Part shown: piece by piece, positions 1 through 13,279 of the stretch
Layout: each line of letters begins with the position of its first letter
How positions within the stretch are numbered: position 1 is the first letter of the stretch
NCBI GenBank assembly: GCA_910592345.1
Contig: CAJVPI010000244.1
Location: forward strand, 1-39,586
Source of the DNA: Paraglomus brasilianum
Lineage: Eukaryota
DNA length: 39,586 nucleotides
Direction: 5' to 3'
Program-made: the position numbers and the translations under genes
Notes under the pieces: model-generated
Databases searched by the model: none
What the model was told of the DNA's origin: nothing
What the model saw: the letters and a program-made list of their open reading frames with translations, nothing else

Positions 1-74
1 TTTTCAGCTGGCAAAATATGACGCGAATTGAGCCAAAACTGACAAAGTTTAATTATTAGTTAAATTTTTCCGCA

Positions 75-102
75 AATGGTTAAGTTTTTTTGTCACACAC
101 TG
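75..102. mobile_element. Probable right terminal inverted repeat of a Tc1/mariner-like element that extends off the window start
   Basis: The reverse complement reads TA-CAGTGTGTGACAAAAAAACTTAACC, a TA-CAGTG-type terminus. The partner end is not in the window. Confidence 0.35.
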
Positions 103-407
103 TATTTACATCCGACAGCATTTACCTACTATAACAGATTCCTACTAAATCAAACTTGTTTCGTTACCGTTTCTAGTTTCTTTATTTGTATATAAACATA
201 CAGTATTTGTAGAAAGTTGTGCCAAAAGTTAAAAGTCAAAAATACATAACAGCGAGATATACGACTTTACAAACTACAGTAGCCCGCCTCAAATGGCCGA
301 CTTATCAAGAATCACGTGACCGAAGATATACATTTATACATTCATATAATAATTATATCGCAAAATAATCTTGCAGACTAGCTTATCTTAGAGAATCGAC
401 TTGTTTA

Positions 408-555
408 TTGCTTTAATCGTATGATTCTAATGCTGTCTATCGTATGATTCTAACGATATGTTTACTGCTTTAATCGTATGATCTAATGAAGCTTTAATCA
501 TATGACTTTAATTGTATGATCTAATGTATGTTTCTTTGATTGTATGATTCTAATG
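408..555. repeat. Degenerate minisatellite with unit ~GCTTTAATCGTATGATTCTAAT
   Basis: About six imperfect copies of the core at(c/t)(g/a)tatga(t/c) separated by short variable spacers. Confidence 0.75.
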
Positions 556-2524
556 GCATGACATACACGGGGTATTCCTTGGTTGGCTATTTGAGTAAAC
601 AAATACAGTCGTGGTCGGTTATGTATCCGAAGTTACGCTGCCACTAAGTGTAAATCGGAGAATTAAAAGCGCTTCGTGGCCATCATTTCAGGTGCAATTT
701 TTTGAAAATTTTTTGCCTCCACAAAGAATAATATTTGTCATCATGCATGACCCTTGTTATAACATTGCCAATTATAAATTTGTGTAGCCGATGTGTAAGT
801 AATTGTATTGGACAATTAATCATCGTACGGGATGTGGTCCACTAATTAAATGTATACGTCTTACAAATTATCACGCGATGCACTGAGCTTCTGAACAAGT
901 CGAGTGAATCTTGGTAATAATTTGCATCCTGATTATAAGCAAAAAGAAAAAGAAAGTGAAGTATTAGGGATAGGTATATCATTAGTTGAATAATTAACAG
1001 TTAGAGTCAAATGAAGTGTCAATATACGACTTGGGCTTTTCAAGTTAGGAAGAATCGGGTGGTTTTGTAAATGTTGCCAAGTCATAGAGTTGACGCAAAA
1101 AATACTTGGTATGCGAGAAATATAAATCAGGAACGTAAATAAAATCGTAATTTCAATTAGTAAACTTCTTTATTTACCGAATCGTCAAGCGAATTCAGAT
1201 TGTCAAATGCGATAAGTGTTTCTTTATTCATCAATCTCATGACCTAATGTTTTGATAAAATAAAAACTTCCTAGACGAGCATGACTCCAGCGCAGCAAAA
1301 AATTCCCCTTACTAAACCGATCAAAATGTTTATTCATCTGGTAGCACTAGGACTCCGTCTATTAAAATGCGCCGATTGTTCTTGATGTTGCTGTCACCGT
1401 TGTGTTCCTGTTTATACTGTTTATAGAACAATACCCATACATTATTTCATGAGTAAGCGTCACTGTTGGATGCTTGACATCTATCGGTAATAAGGACATA
1501 ATTTCCTCTTCAACTCCATTCTTGCCGAACTTTAAGCGGCGGAACAAGCATGTAGTGAGGGGGTGGGTTCGATGGGGTTTATTCGTACCTCTTAGTTCTC
1601 AAGTTATAGGGGAAAGATAGCAAGCCAAAGTCTTCGTTTATTCTGTCCTAATCAGTACCTTCCCATTCACTTTGCACCTCTTCTTCACGAGATACGTTAT
1701 ACTGTTTTTCTCCTATTCATTTTTTGTCTTATGGATCACCTCTCCTTGCTTTCGATAAGTGTTTTATAAAAAATGATACTATAGTCAGTCATGCGTTTTT
1801 CTCTCGTATAACCGTGTATGCTTGTGTCCCAAATATCATGCCGAAAGTCGCTAAACAAGTTTCTAAAATGGTTAGTATGAAGATCTTGATTAGATCGAGA
1901 TTAGATGTAGAATTGCATATTGGCGGGGTTCTGATGGTCTAGTCCACATTTGGCTAATACCGAAATCGTAAGCTACCTTTTTTTTCGCCATCAATTCACG
2001 TGAGAAATGCATTGGCGAATATTGAAGAGTATCGTGTGGGATGACAATGAACTAGCTGTAATCATGCAAGGAAAACTATTAATGACGGAAGAATTGTGTA
2101 TACGAATGAATATTAAATTGTTTGTTATAGGCAGATGGGTAACGTTGAACAAAAAGATTGAGTTCGATAAAAAAGAGATTTAGTAATCATACAATTTACC
2201 TTTCCCCATTCGGCTATGTGGGCTTTCTCATAATTGCCGAACCCCATATTATTCGCCGATCATTACATCATTTTGTGCTAAATTACAATGTCCCCCATAC
2301 TTTTACCCAAATCCGGAAATTAGTTGTACGACAATCGGCTACCCCACAACAATAATTTCTCAAAGGGGATTCTTATTATTCCCACGGCCGAGGGGACTTA
2401 AATATAACACGCAATTGTGGTTCTAAATCTAATATAAACACATTTGTTAATCCTGAATTCATCAATCACCCAATAATCTATATTCCATATACATTTCATA
2501 TTCTTGCTATCCATTCCCGACATA

Positions 2525-3855
2525 ATGACTAAGGATCTTCCTTTAAAAGTTCTTCACAAGATATTCTGTTATCTCGATAACCGTGACACATGGTCATTCT
2601 ATGATGATCTATACGATCGTTTGATTACAAAAAAAATCTCTCTTGATTCAGGAGAGAACGAGTTCATATGGCAACTACATAGGTCATCCTATTGCGATTT
2701 ATACCATTGTGCGCTAGTTAACCGCCAGTGGTGTCAGGGCGCAATGCCAATACTGTGGAATAGACCATTCTTCCATTACGATGAAGTAGACTCTGCAATG
2801 CCAAATGTCTTAAGAACGTACGTCTTGTCCTTAACAGACGCCGATAGGTCTCTCCTTCGTGAAAATGGCCTAGACGTTCCGTACGCTATTCGGCGACCAA
2901 TGTTTGATTATCCATCATTTGTCAGACATCTTAATCTCTGGGAGTTAATAATGGCGTGCAGAAACTGGCGTGATTGGGGGGATAAATTGGCGCTGGTGGT
3001 GAGGATCATGTTGGGACTGTTTAAGAGAAGAGGGATTGAATTGACATCATTGTTGTTACCGTTGGACGATTGGTATGATGGAAAGTATGATGAAGCAATT
3101 TGTGTCATTATCGAGGATGAATTCATGGAGATGATTGCTCCGATTAGATATTTAGAGATATCTAAGCTGACTAATATAGGGAAGCTGGCATGTGGACTGG
3201 CACAAACATGTAATAATTTGGTAAGTACACAGATATTAGTATGAGAAGAGAACGAGCTGTATATTAACGGCTGTGACTGTGTGCATTTATTTACGAGTAT
3301 CTGCAGAAATGGTTATGGCTGCACTTCGAACCTTTAAGAGCACTATTTTATTCTCTGTAAAGCAAAGCACGCTATACAAAATTAACAGCAAACCTTATGT
3401 ACATCCTTAAATTACCCTTTATACAGGAACATATAAATTTATCGAATCTCAGAGGCTCGTCCAGCTCGCGATATCTCAGCCAATTAATCAAATCCCAGAA
3501 ACAGCTTATATCATTTTATATGGTCAATGGCGTCCCACGTGTCGAGTCTTCTCTCTTTAATCAGGCAAATTCTCTACGTGATGTGCGCTTACATAGTACC
3601 GACTTCCAGGATTCAGAGGCATGGCATAGTTTGGCAACATGCACAATGTTGGAACGATTGGATATAGTCAACTGCAAAAACATAACAGTGCTTATGGTTG
3701 AGCCACTGTTGAACGAGACATTGCCTTATTTGAAACAGGTCAATGTTACTTTCTGTAAAGGAGGGATGATGCCCAAATGTAGAGAATTGGAAGAATGGGC
3801 AAGGGTGATGAATAAGGGAAAGAGAATGATTGAGGATAGGAAAATGTGCGTATGA
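2525..3855 (+). CDS. F-box-like / RNI-like LRR protein (~374 aa), exons 2525-3220 and 3427-3855
   Basis: Motifs LPLKVLHKIFCYL, LYHCALVNRQWCQGAMPILWNRPF and PMFDYPSFVRHLNL, followed by LRR-like segments (LERLDIVNC, LKQVNVTFC). A GTAAGT...CAG phase-0 intron joins the two ORFs in frame. This family is expanded in arbuscular mycorrhizal fungi. Confidence 0.8.
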
Positions 3856-5194
3856 GGTGGAGCTTATTCGACGAGACTTTGGTTGTTATGGACTTTGATA
3901 TTAATTGTTTATAGTTTTTGTATTATTATTGTCGATTAGAATTAATTACTTAATTATTCCATAATACATACCCAATAAGTACATTGGGTATTAGAATGAA
4001 TAACTGTATACATTACTCACCTGTGACTTTAAAATATAAATTGATGCAACAAGATATTCGATAACATCTAAGTTAATATACCGTCTTCCATCGCCAAGAT
4101 TCTTCCGCAAGTCGACTGTTCCCGCTTCGCAACAGAAGACGTATCACTTCTCGGAAGCAGTCGTAAACTCCCCCGAGTCTTCATCCACTTCATTCACTGC
4201 AATCTATTGCCACTAGTGACCAAAATCGGTTTGAGATTTTCTCCACCAGACGAAGTAGCTGCACGTCTAATTCATTTGAAGATCTGAATAAACATCATTA
4301 CGTCTCTTTTTGTGCCAGTATCGAGATTGACATCGAAACCGATTTTGCAGATTGACGATGCATCTCATTGATACTTGCAGGCCCGTGCAAGCTGGGCCTC
4401 CTGGTGTCGAAAGAGCCGATCGAACGATGAAGATACAAAATTATTATACCATAAGGTCTGGTTGGCTCGAACTCGGAGTTGGCATGGTTAATTAATGTCA
4501 CAAGTTAGAACAGAGAGGTTGGAATGGTATCGTTAGATGAATAAAAACGGTAATTGTTCAACACTTAGGTGTTACAAACCCGAGTAAACGAAAGATTTGG
4601 GGTGCTGCTTATGCTGGAATTACTCAATTATCATAAGATTCCTTCGGTCAACACAAATTAGAAAGGTTCATATGCGTCGATAAGGTTTTATTGTACGTAC
4701 TAGTATTATTATGATGCGAGAAAATCCGCAGTGGGTGTTAGTAGAAATACAGGAACGTCAACAAATAACGCGTAGGCATGGGTGTAATTTGCTGGCTTCT
4801 ACGTCGTTACGAGCTTCTTCAAAGAGAATGCAAAAGCGAGTAAATGGAATAATAAATGACACATGGATAATAAATCATAATGAGCTTTAGCGTTCATGAA
4901 TTGAATAAATTCAGGTATAATGAATGCCACTATATTAATGCCGAGACTATCGTTTAACAGAAATAGAACGCGCAATAAAGAATTACAACTGAAGGAAATT
5001 ATCATAAGCGTTTTTGTCTTTCATATGGGCATGGTAGAGACGAGAGTACGTTGACTATCATTGATTTTGCGGTCTATTCTCCTTCGAATTCCTCACCATC
5101 TTCGATTTTTTTGTTAAGTGCGGACTAGATATTAAGAATAACAGAAATCGACATCTGTTATAGTGTCTTTGATAACAGTACAAACGTCAACAGA

Positions 5195-5689
5195 TTAATG
5201 CTTTGCCTTATCTGCCTTTTCATCCTCGTATCGTTTCTTGTCAGTAACAGCCAATTTGTTATAAGGCTTGATAAAGAAATTGTGTTGACGTTATCCATGC
5301 TGATAGCACATTGTTTAAACACTATCGTTATGCATTACATACGGTCTTTTCGGCTTCAGATAGATTTCTCCACATCTCACCAAGAACTCTTTGAGTATCA
5401 CCTACAAACAAAGTTGTGCGGTAATGGTAAGAAATATACGCACTTTCTTCCTTACCAATGCACTCTACTTCTTGCACATTGTTGATAACAAATAATTTTA
5501 TAATAATTTACCAAGTTTCATCGATGGGTGCTGTTTCTTAACCTCCTCTCTTTTTTCACTGCAGAAATACAAAAAAGCACTTCGTGGTCTTTTTGGTTCT
5601 TTGGTCGATTTTTTGTCCGGTTTTGTTGTTTGTTTAGGTATAGTATGAGTAGTCGGTTGTTTACGTGAATTCTTAGAAGCTTTAGGCAT
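5195..5689 (-). CDS. Single HMG-box protein, NHP6/HMGB-like (~102 aa), exons 5689-5512, 5401-5343, 5266-5195
   Basis: The spliced product contains PKRPRSAFLYFCSEKREEVKKQHPSMKLGDTQRVLGEMWRNLSEAEKTPYNKLAVTDKKRYEDEK, a complete HMG box preceded by a basic N-terminal tail. GT-AG introns keep the frame. Confidence 0.9.
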
Positions 5690-7770
5690 TTTCTGTTGTT
5701 TACGATCGAACGAAAGTATGTTATGTGTAGTGTGAATCGCGTATATTGTTACGAGTAGTTTAATTAGTATTTGAGGTCAAAGATAAAAGAATATATCAAG
5801 CTAAACTTCGATCGGTTGGATATTTAATTATGATATACATCTATGCGCATAATAGGAATTATAATATGCTTACTTTTAAATTTCGGTTACCGATTTACTT
5901 ATTTGAAATTAATTTAAAGGGTTAGAATAGTAATAGAATCTAATCAAGCAATGGTTTCATCAGCACTCTCTAAAGAAAGACAAATTTGTCCTTTATAAAA
6001 ACGTGATATATATATAATTACGAGTTTCCCTTTCCTAAAAAAAAAGGATAGTCTACCAATCTCTTTACGAATACCCAAAAGAATTGTCATCCAGTACGTC
6101 AACAATTTCCTGAATCGAGCTGTACATGTTTATTTATGGGGATTAAATTGCTGGAAAGGTTTTGCAGTATGTCAAAGGTAGATATATCTATAGAGTCTAT
6201 TGAGATACTGAGAATACAAAGCTACTGTATTTTGTTAAGTTAATTGAAAGAAATGAAACATATTCCCAAACCAAATAAGCCCTTTTTTCAAGTGTGATTA
6301 ATAAAAAACCCTTAGTTGAAAATACGTATGGAGTTGAATGAAAGAAATGTTCCGACCCAGATCATAAGATATTGTTTGTCAGTACATGTTATTGCTTTAT
6401 TTCATAAAATGAACATTGGCTGTTTGAACAGTCTGACTGACAACCACATGTGCTTGACCCTTCGTAATTAACCAGCGCTAGACGTTAGTCAGTGAGACAG
6501 TAAATCCCGTTTCATCGCATCTCATTATAAAGCTCTTCGTCGACTCATTCCAGACATTGGGCCTTATAGCTATAAGCATGCATCAAATATCGGAAAACGT
6601 AAGAGTAACGACGTGAATTTGGTAGAATCATACGGAAAGGTTTATAAATCATCGTATCTTGAACAAAAGTTTCCTGTAGCGTTTTGGGATATGTGCGTCA
6701 TCCCCGGACAGAAAACCGTCATTCTCAGGCGTGTGATCGTCTACTGGTAACTCGTCAACGTGCGTCTCACTTGATCATTGATGATCGAGGACTTGAGAGA
6801 GTTGTTGAAATTTCGGTCGGTTAATTCGAGGCTTTTCCCCAAACATTATACTGCAGGAAGTTGCACTAGATCTGTCTCTATATAAATTTTTTGTTTTTTG
6901 GTACCTAATGTGTTATAAATATACGCGAGTTCCCGTGATATCTATTCACGAATTTATTATTATAGACTACCACGTAATCACTAACGTGGTGAGTGTTTCC
7001 TACAACATCTTCAGTTAGTCTATCTCGTAACACATGCAAGTCAACTGAAAGACATTGTTAATACGAATATCGAATATTTTTTAGCAGCCTAAACGATTGG
7101 CTCAGCTCTACTCGTATATATACACGTTCGCCAAATAATAATAATACGAATTATGAACATACATCACATTAATTTTTCAAACAATGCTATCAATCGTACG
7201 ATCGATACTTCGCGTAATCGGATGATACAGTATACCAAGATTGTTAATGCCAATCAATGTTTGGTAATCTATCCACGAAATTAAGAGTAATGTGATTGTT
7301 CTTTAAACGCTAACAATAAACTTTATTGAAACACATTATATGATCATTGCTATTAAATCCTCTGTTCAGTTTATAAATACAGCACCGCCAGTCGACCTAT
7401 TAACATCTTTATTACACAGAATCTTCGTACATTTGTTTCTCGTAGTAGAATATGAGCAAACGAAATAAATATAACACTGAGCCCATGCCAATTGCGATTT
7501 GGGTCGACCCGGTCAAATTGCGAACAGCAATTTGTGTGAAAGCCGAAATTCTATAGAAGTAGCGACACAAAGACAACTGCAGATAAAAAAGCCTATCCTC
7601 AACAAAGTGGGTTTGCCCTTTATTGTTTTGTTCGAGGTTCATCTTTCTCGATTACAGGTAATTATCTTCCTACTGTGTTACCGCTTTTCACGCCACACAT
7701 GTAGCTCACTGCAAAAGGAAGGCTATTGTAGATAGATATTCCCGTTGTATTCTCTCGGAGAGCAGAAGAA

Positions 7771-8817
7771 ATGGTCGCCGTACGTAGTGACTTAGTTCAT
7801 TCCGCCGTTAAATTTTTGCAACATCCTACTTTACAGAACACATCTCTTGATAAAAGACTGGATTTCTTAGCGTCTAAAGGCCTGACTATAGAAGAGATAA
7901 ACGAGGCCTTACGGTTAATAATAGATAGGGATGCTTTAGTGACGCATATCGAGTTGTCTGCGAAAAGGCCAGATGTACATCAACCAGTTCACCAATTGCT
8001 GCATGTTCGACCAAGAACGGACTGGCGAAACTTATTTTTGAATGTAATTATTGTGGGCGGATTAGGACATGCTATCATATCTATGACAAAGGTAAGCACA
8101 ATGTATGTATTATTCATATGCTCGACAATAATAAAGTACTGCAACTTTGATAATCGTTACAGGAATATATAGGATCCCTGTTTAGCCCAACTATAACGGA
8201 TCAATTAGTGCGTGAGGAGCAGCATAATCAGTTTGCGATTGCTTCTGATAAGTTGGACGCTGTGAAGCATGATACTCAATTGATTCGAAAGTATGTAGAA
8301 GAGCAAAGCGTGGGCATGAGGGAAACATTGATTGCATTGGAGAAATTGTTAAGAGGACTCCAAGCCAACGACATCGAGAGAGACAAGGATCTTGGAGTGC
8401 TTAAGGAAGAAGTAGAGGCCGTCGGAGAATTGGTTCTCAAGGTACTGATGCTAATAAGTGTATATTCGAATATGTATTACCTGATAAAAATCAAACAGCT
8501 GAGATATAAATACTTTGCATGGTAATCAGCTGCTGGATAATATAAAGACAAGTCAAACACAACAGCTAGCTGAGCTAAGTCAGGAACTGCAGTCTTTGAA
8601 AACATTGGCCATCAATCGTTATGCAAGTCTCTTTGCCACATCACCATCTTCGCCCAAAATCACAATACCAAGAACGAACAGAAGGGTCTCGTTTGGACCG
8701 TCAGCATCAAGTACATCGAGTATATCGCCAATATTAACTTCAATTCCAAACAAAGTAGATAGCGGTCAACCAGTGACATCAGCATGGCAAATGGGTACGA
8801 ACCAACTTATTACCTAA
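7771..8817 (+). CDS. PEX14: Peroxisomal membrane docking protein Pex14 (~295 aa), exons 7771-8091, 8163-8441, 8530-8817
   Basis: Pex14_N motif RSDLVHSAVKFLQHPTLQNTSLDKRLDFLASKGLTIEEINEAL, then DWRNLF plus a hydrophobic segment, a coiled coil, ELQSLKTL and a C-terminal AWQM. Two phase-0 GT-AG introns. Confidence 0.9.
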
Positions 8818-9080
8818 TGGGACAAATGGTGTTAGCATATCGTCAGATAAATTTCCAAGTAGTCAATAATTGTCGAGTTTAAACTGTAATGTTCGAGAAT
8901 TTAGAGTATAGCCAATAGGTATATAGATATCAATGATAATACTGCAGACTTATGCTCGGCTGTTTGCCCGGTCATTCTGTATATGTGTATTTATATTCTA
9001 CTACTGACAATCCTCAAATCAATATTATCCGTAGGCGATGTTTTCCGATATTTTGTAGTGCGCAGCGTTGCTAGGAGGCG

Positions 9081-9118
9081 AGAAGAAGGAGAAGAAGAAG
9101 AAGAAGAAGAAGAAGAAG
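9081..9118 (+). repeat. (GAA)n microsatellite
   Basis: About 12 GAA units with one GGA interruption. Confidence 0.95.
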
Positions 9119-9487
9119 TGGATTGACTTAGACATATGGAATACTTAATATCATCCTTGTAAATTTCTGATATAGAGCCGAGCGAAATAGAACACGTATC
9201 AGCTTAACGCTATTAATTATACACTGTAGAATATCTTACGAGCAACGAAACATGTTATCGCCTAAACAGTTTTTAATTTAATTAGAAGATGCTAAATATT
9301 TCAACCATGAATATTTATAGCTTTGTTACCTTGCTAGATAGAAACTTTAACTATAACAACTCTCTATACTGTAAAGTTATTAGTTTATCGTTTACAATTC
9401 AACTCCTTTTGAATAGGTTTACCTGACCCGCTTTGAGCCATAACAAGGTATTTTAAAATTATGGTTCGGCACTCTCGGGCGGAGATT

Positions 9488-9742
9488 TTGTCCGACTTAT
9501 CGAATTTCATAAATTTTTAAATAAAAAACCCCCCATTCTATTTAAATATAAGCAGCAATAATAATAACGTAACTGTTTCAGAGAAGCATTTCGAATTTGA
9601 TGTTTTAGGTTATTCATTCTGATTCATTTACTTTTATATCAGAATTTGTGATGAAGCAAAATTATTGGATAATTAATTGTATCCTATATACTAAAATGGT
9701 CTCCATAAATCACGTGATCTGACGTATCGAGAGTCATTTGTA
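9488..9742. mobile_element. Fragment of a pogo/Tigger-like non-autonomous element
   Basis: The terminus cacgtgatctgacgtatcgagagtcatttgTA closely matches cacgtgatccgacttatcgagagtcactg at 30972-31000. The internal motif ccgacttatcga recurs. Confidence 0.45.
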
Positions 9743-10369
9743 TTTGTCCGAATAGTCAAAAAAAGGGGACACTCGATAAGCCGGATTTGGCTTAATATTA
9801 ACTCGCCGACTTGTTCTGCATGTAGTGGATGTCATATCATGACCAGATTATTATTTCCTTATGCAGCAAATTTAGCACCAATGAAAGTGTGATTGTGAAA
9901 TGGGAGAATGCATTAGTTACAGCGTGAAGAACAAAAAGTCTCGCTCTCAATAAGTTTATGACAAGGAAGCACGTGAATTCATCACTACCGATAACTGCTC
10001 ATCGTCGCAACATTTAAATGTATATTTTCCTAGCAATCGGCGGACTAATGATTGTCTTTTTTCGATTTATTATTATGTAAATTGAAAAGTTTTCTACTTA
10101 ATTATAACATAACAATAAAAATCAGAATTTACTCAAGTTGAACGATTTAGCATTTAATTTTGATATTTTATCGATATCGGATCAATTGTCTTGGGAGAGC
10201 GATGGATAACCAACCCTTGAAATTTAGTTTCTTCAACGAGGTTACTCCGCCAAATTCTACCAATACAGTTATGATCGTTAATTGGGTTTGGAGACACTCA
10301 CGGCTCGTATGTCCGATCTTGTACACGTTAATCCTGGAATGCCCCTCGAGTCGCTACGCGTGTGGGATA

Positions 10370-10445
10370 GTAATAGGCTATCGATTGGGGTAATTTACTG
10401 TATATCTAAACGCGTTTGTGAACAACTAGTTAGAATAATCGATGG
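10370..10445 (+). pseudogene. Possible fossil fragment of a RecQ-like helicase (motif IV region)
   Basis: SIGVIYCISKRVCEQLV resembles the RecQ consensus SGIIYCLSRKDCEQVA. No other helicase motifs are nearby. Confidence 0.25.
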
Positions 10446-11254
10446 ACGAGATCGATTAGAGGGTTAACGTTTTCACGCTTTACCAGTACGATTACTAACT
10501 AAGGAATCTGAATTAAATTATTTTAACAATAAAATAATTTATTAGAGCATCGAATTACAGAATTGATAAAGAAATGACGTGTGAGATCATGTGATTCGAA
10601 GATTTGCCAAGATAACAGTTTGCTAGCGAAAATTGCAACCGCTTATATACATTTCTAGCTACAGTGCAGACATTAAACAGCATTGTCAAACAAAGAAGCC
10701 ACTCTCCGAAAAGCGGATCTGTCTGTGTCTTTACTATTACGGCTATTGGAAATAAAGTAGAGAAATGGCATAACATAGAATATAGAATAATTTGCACTTG
10801 TTATCACCGTGGGAAATATAAACTTTTTCGCAAAAAGAAAGTCTATTAAATAGAAAAAACAAGTCAAACTGTTGCCCGACGTGTTACTAGCGATGTTGCC
10901 TCCAGTCGCTGAAAACAAATACACATAGACACACGCCTTTTTAACATGATCATTTTCTATTTAATACTCCTATTTCTGTGTAAACCGATATGAAAAGGGT
11001 TATTAATAATACATACATAGTAAGAGTGGCTTCCGTTAAACCAAAAGCGTTAATATAACGATACGTTGTCAAAGCTGGGATGTAACCGAGGTTGGGATAC
11101 AAGTTGACACTGGGTTTAATTCTATGTAAATCTACCAATTGGTCAGCAAACCAAATATGGTAATGCGACGCGTGATACCATAATATCGCGTTTCGTATTT
11201 ACATCAACTCTTTTGAAAGATACTTTCCTGGTTTAGACGGCGTTGCTCGGAACT

Positions 11255-12944
11255 ATGATGACTCCTCGCACACGCAAAAGTCTTCAAAAAGAATATTCCC
11301 CCGCCACTTCTACTATAACTCGTATAGATACCGATACTAACCCGACACCCTACCGTCCTAAATCTGCTCGCACTTTTGTCAGTGAATCGGGTCAAACGCC
11401 TGGCTCTCGCTCTCGGGCTTTGATAGAAAAAACGAACACAGCTGACTCTGGAAAGAAGAATGATTCTAGGAAAAGACGGTCTTCGAGGGGAAAAACGTTT
11501 ACACTTGCTGACGAATTGTCTTTAGCCGAGGAAAGAAGCGATGTCAAAAGACTAAAGACGTATACCCAAGGAGCTGAGGACGAAAATGAAGAAGAGAATC
11601 TACACGCCAGTTTTTTTAATCTTGATCTATTAAGAGAGAAGACACTAGAACAACAGGAGGCTCTCAATCACAAAAAGCAGGAAACCATAAAGTACACTAA
11701 GATGATTGAATCATTACAGGCTGAGAAAGAAAAGCTTACTACTGCAGTAAAAAGGATGAAACAAGACTTTGATAAGATGAAATGTGTGTATCTGGTATAT
11801 TTTCTATCAGTATATGATATTGAATATTTCTCATGACAATACACTACTTATTTTGCGTGCTAATAGACAGGGCGTCAGCATATAAAGATGGTCTCCAGGG
11901 ACATATGTACAACGATAGTGCATCCTCCATTGCTCAATTGTTAAAACCTGTGGAGAAGTGTTGCGGGAGTTCAGTTAGGGATTTGTTGATAGAAGAAAAG
12001 ACTCCAATTGAAAAGGTCGAAACGGTATATGATTGGCTAGAGGAAAAAGGTAAATAGAAAACGGCTCCCGATTATCCTATGTAATGCATATTTGCGTCTT
12101 GGTCTTTACTCTTATTTAAAGTGTCTTGACTTAGCTTTCTTTCATTAAAGGCTTTCTGAATGAATATATGCTCAGTGAATTTCGAGTGGTTGAATGCGTG
12201 ACAACGATGGACTTGAGCCATACTTTTAACAATACTGTGAAAGAAAACGAACTTTCTCTTCGCATGACTCAGCCCAGTTACACACCATATGATCTTGAGA
12301 ATCGAAATCGGTATAGTGCAGCTGCACTGGTGTCGGTGCTTGCTCGACCCAACAGCTTTTCTGATTTACGGGTTTTGCGGCTCAGTGGAGCGATAATTGA
12401 TGCCAGATACCTGAGCGTCTTGAGAGATTTGGTATCATTGGAGGAATTATACGTTGATCGGACTGGAATGATAGACGAAGGAATGGCTCATTTAGTCATC
12501 CGTAGGAAGTCGCTGAAAGTACTGGACATATCGAAGAATCGATTTATTACCGATCGTTCTTTCGATAATTTGATATATTTGAGCGAGCTTGAGGTATTAC
12601 ACCTGGACGAGACAGGAGTGACGTTAGATGGACTGAGAAAGTTCGTGAGAGATTCCTACAGTCAGAACCTAAATCAGTTGACTATTCATCGTGATTTGAG
12701 AAGTGCATTGCGGAGGCGAGGGGAGTTATATTGCATTGGATCACAGCCTAATATGATTGAAGACCCAGAAATAACCTTTAACATGAGTGTTTATCAGTTA
12801 CGCAGACAACTTTCATTCCACGCGAAAATCAATTCCAAGATATTGACGGTTGGGACACGGGAGCAACTGGCCAAACAGTTACATGACATATTAGAACGAA
12901 GAAATCAAGATAGTCATATTTGGACACTCTGTGGCGGTCGTTGA
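11255..12944 (+). CDS. Protein with disordered N-terminus, coiled coil, RNI-like LRRs and SAP-like C-terminus (~501 aa), exons ~11255-11787, ~11871-12049, 12151-12944
   Basis: LRR units LRVLRLSGA, LEELYVDRTG, LKVLDISKNRFITD and LEVLHLDETGVT. C-terminal MSVYQLRRQLSFH...GTREQLAKQL. The exons splice in frame; the intron 1 boundaries have an alternative a few nt away. Confidence 0.8.
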
Positions 12945-13279
12945 GAGAGATTTTGCTGGTAACATTGATGGGTACCTCAACCGATTATGAATAAATCTTA
13001 TTGTTTGCATATATAATTATATTTTTAATAAAATGTTATTGAATTTAATGAGTGCCAAATTAATAGTTACACAGCAAAGAATGATGAAGGCAAATAAGAA
13101 AAATGTAATATCTACACATTCCGAACACATTTGTCATCAAGTAACAGTGATAATTGTTATATTACATAAGATAGAAGTTGCAAATAAATTCCTTTCCAAC
13201 CTCTTCTCATTAAACGACTATAATTATAAAAATCGAAATGATTGTAGTCATTATTAGTAACGACATCTTTATCATATGC

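Noticed and set aside
408..555. Repeats with variable spacers as a CRISPR-like array
   Set aside because: The spacers are only a few to ~15 nt, the repeats are degenerate, there are no cas genes and the context is eukaryotic. It is a minisatellite.
1555..1590. gggttcgat as a tRNA T-loop (likewise gggttcgac at 30058)
   Set aside because: No cloverleaf or D-arm can be formed, and the second instance is part of a transposon TIR.
4080..4500. GC-richer stretch with ORF 4298-4501 as a gene
   Set aside because: No recognisable motif or consistent exon structure in any frame I examined.
5195..5689. HMG gene as a mating-type (MATA-HMG/SexM/SexP) locus
   Set aside because: The sequence is the NHP6/HMGB type (PKRPRSAFLYFC, DKKRYEDEK), and no triose-phosphate transporter or RNA helicase genes flank it.
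6690..6725. tccccggac as the RNase MRP CR-I motif
   Set aside because: The preceding GAAAG and a complementary CR-V (ggggc) downstream are missing.
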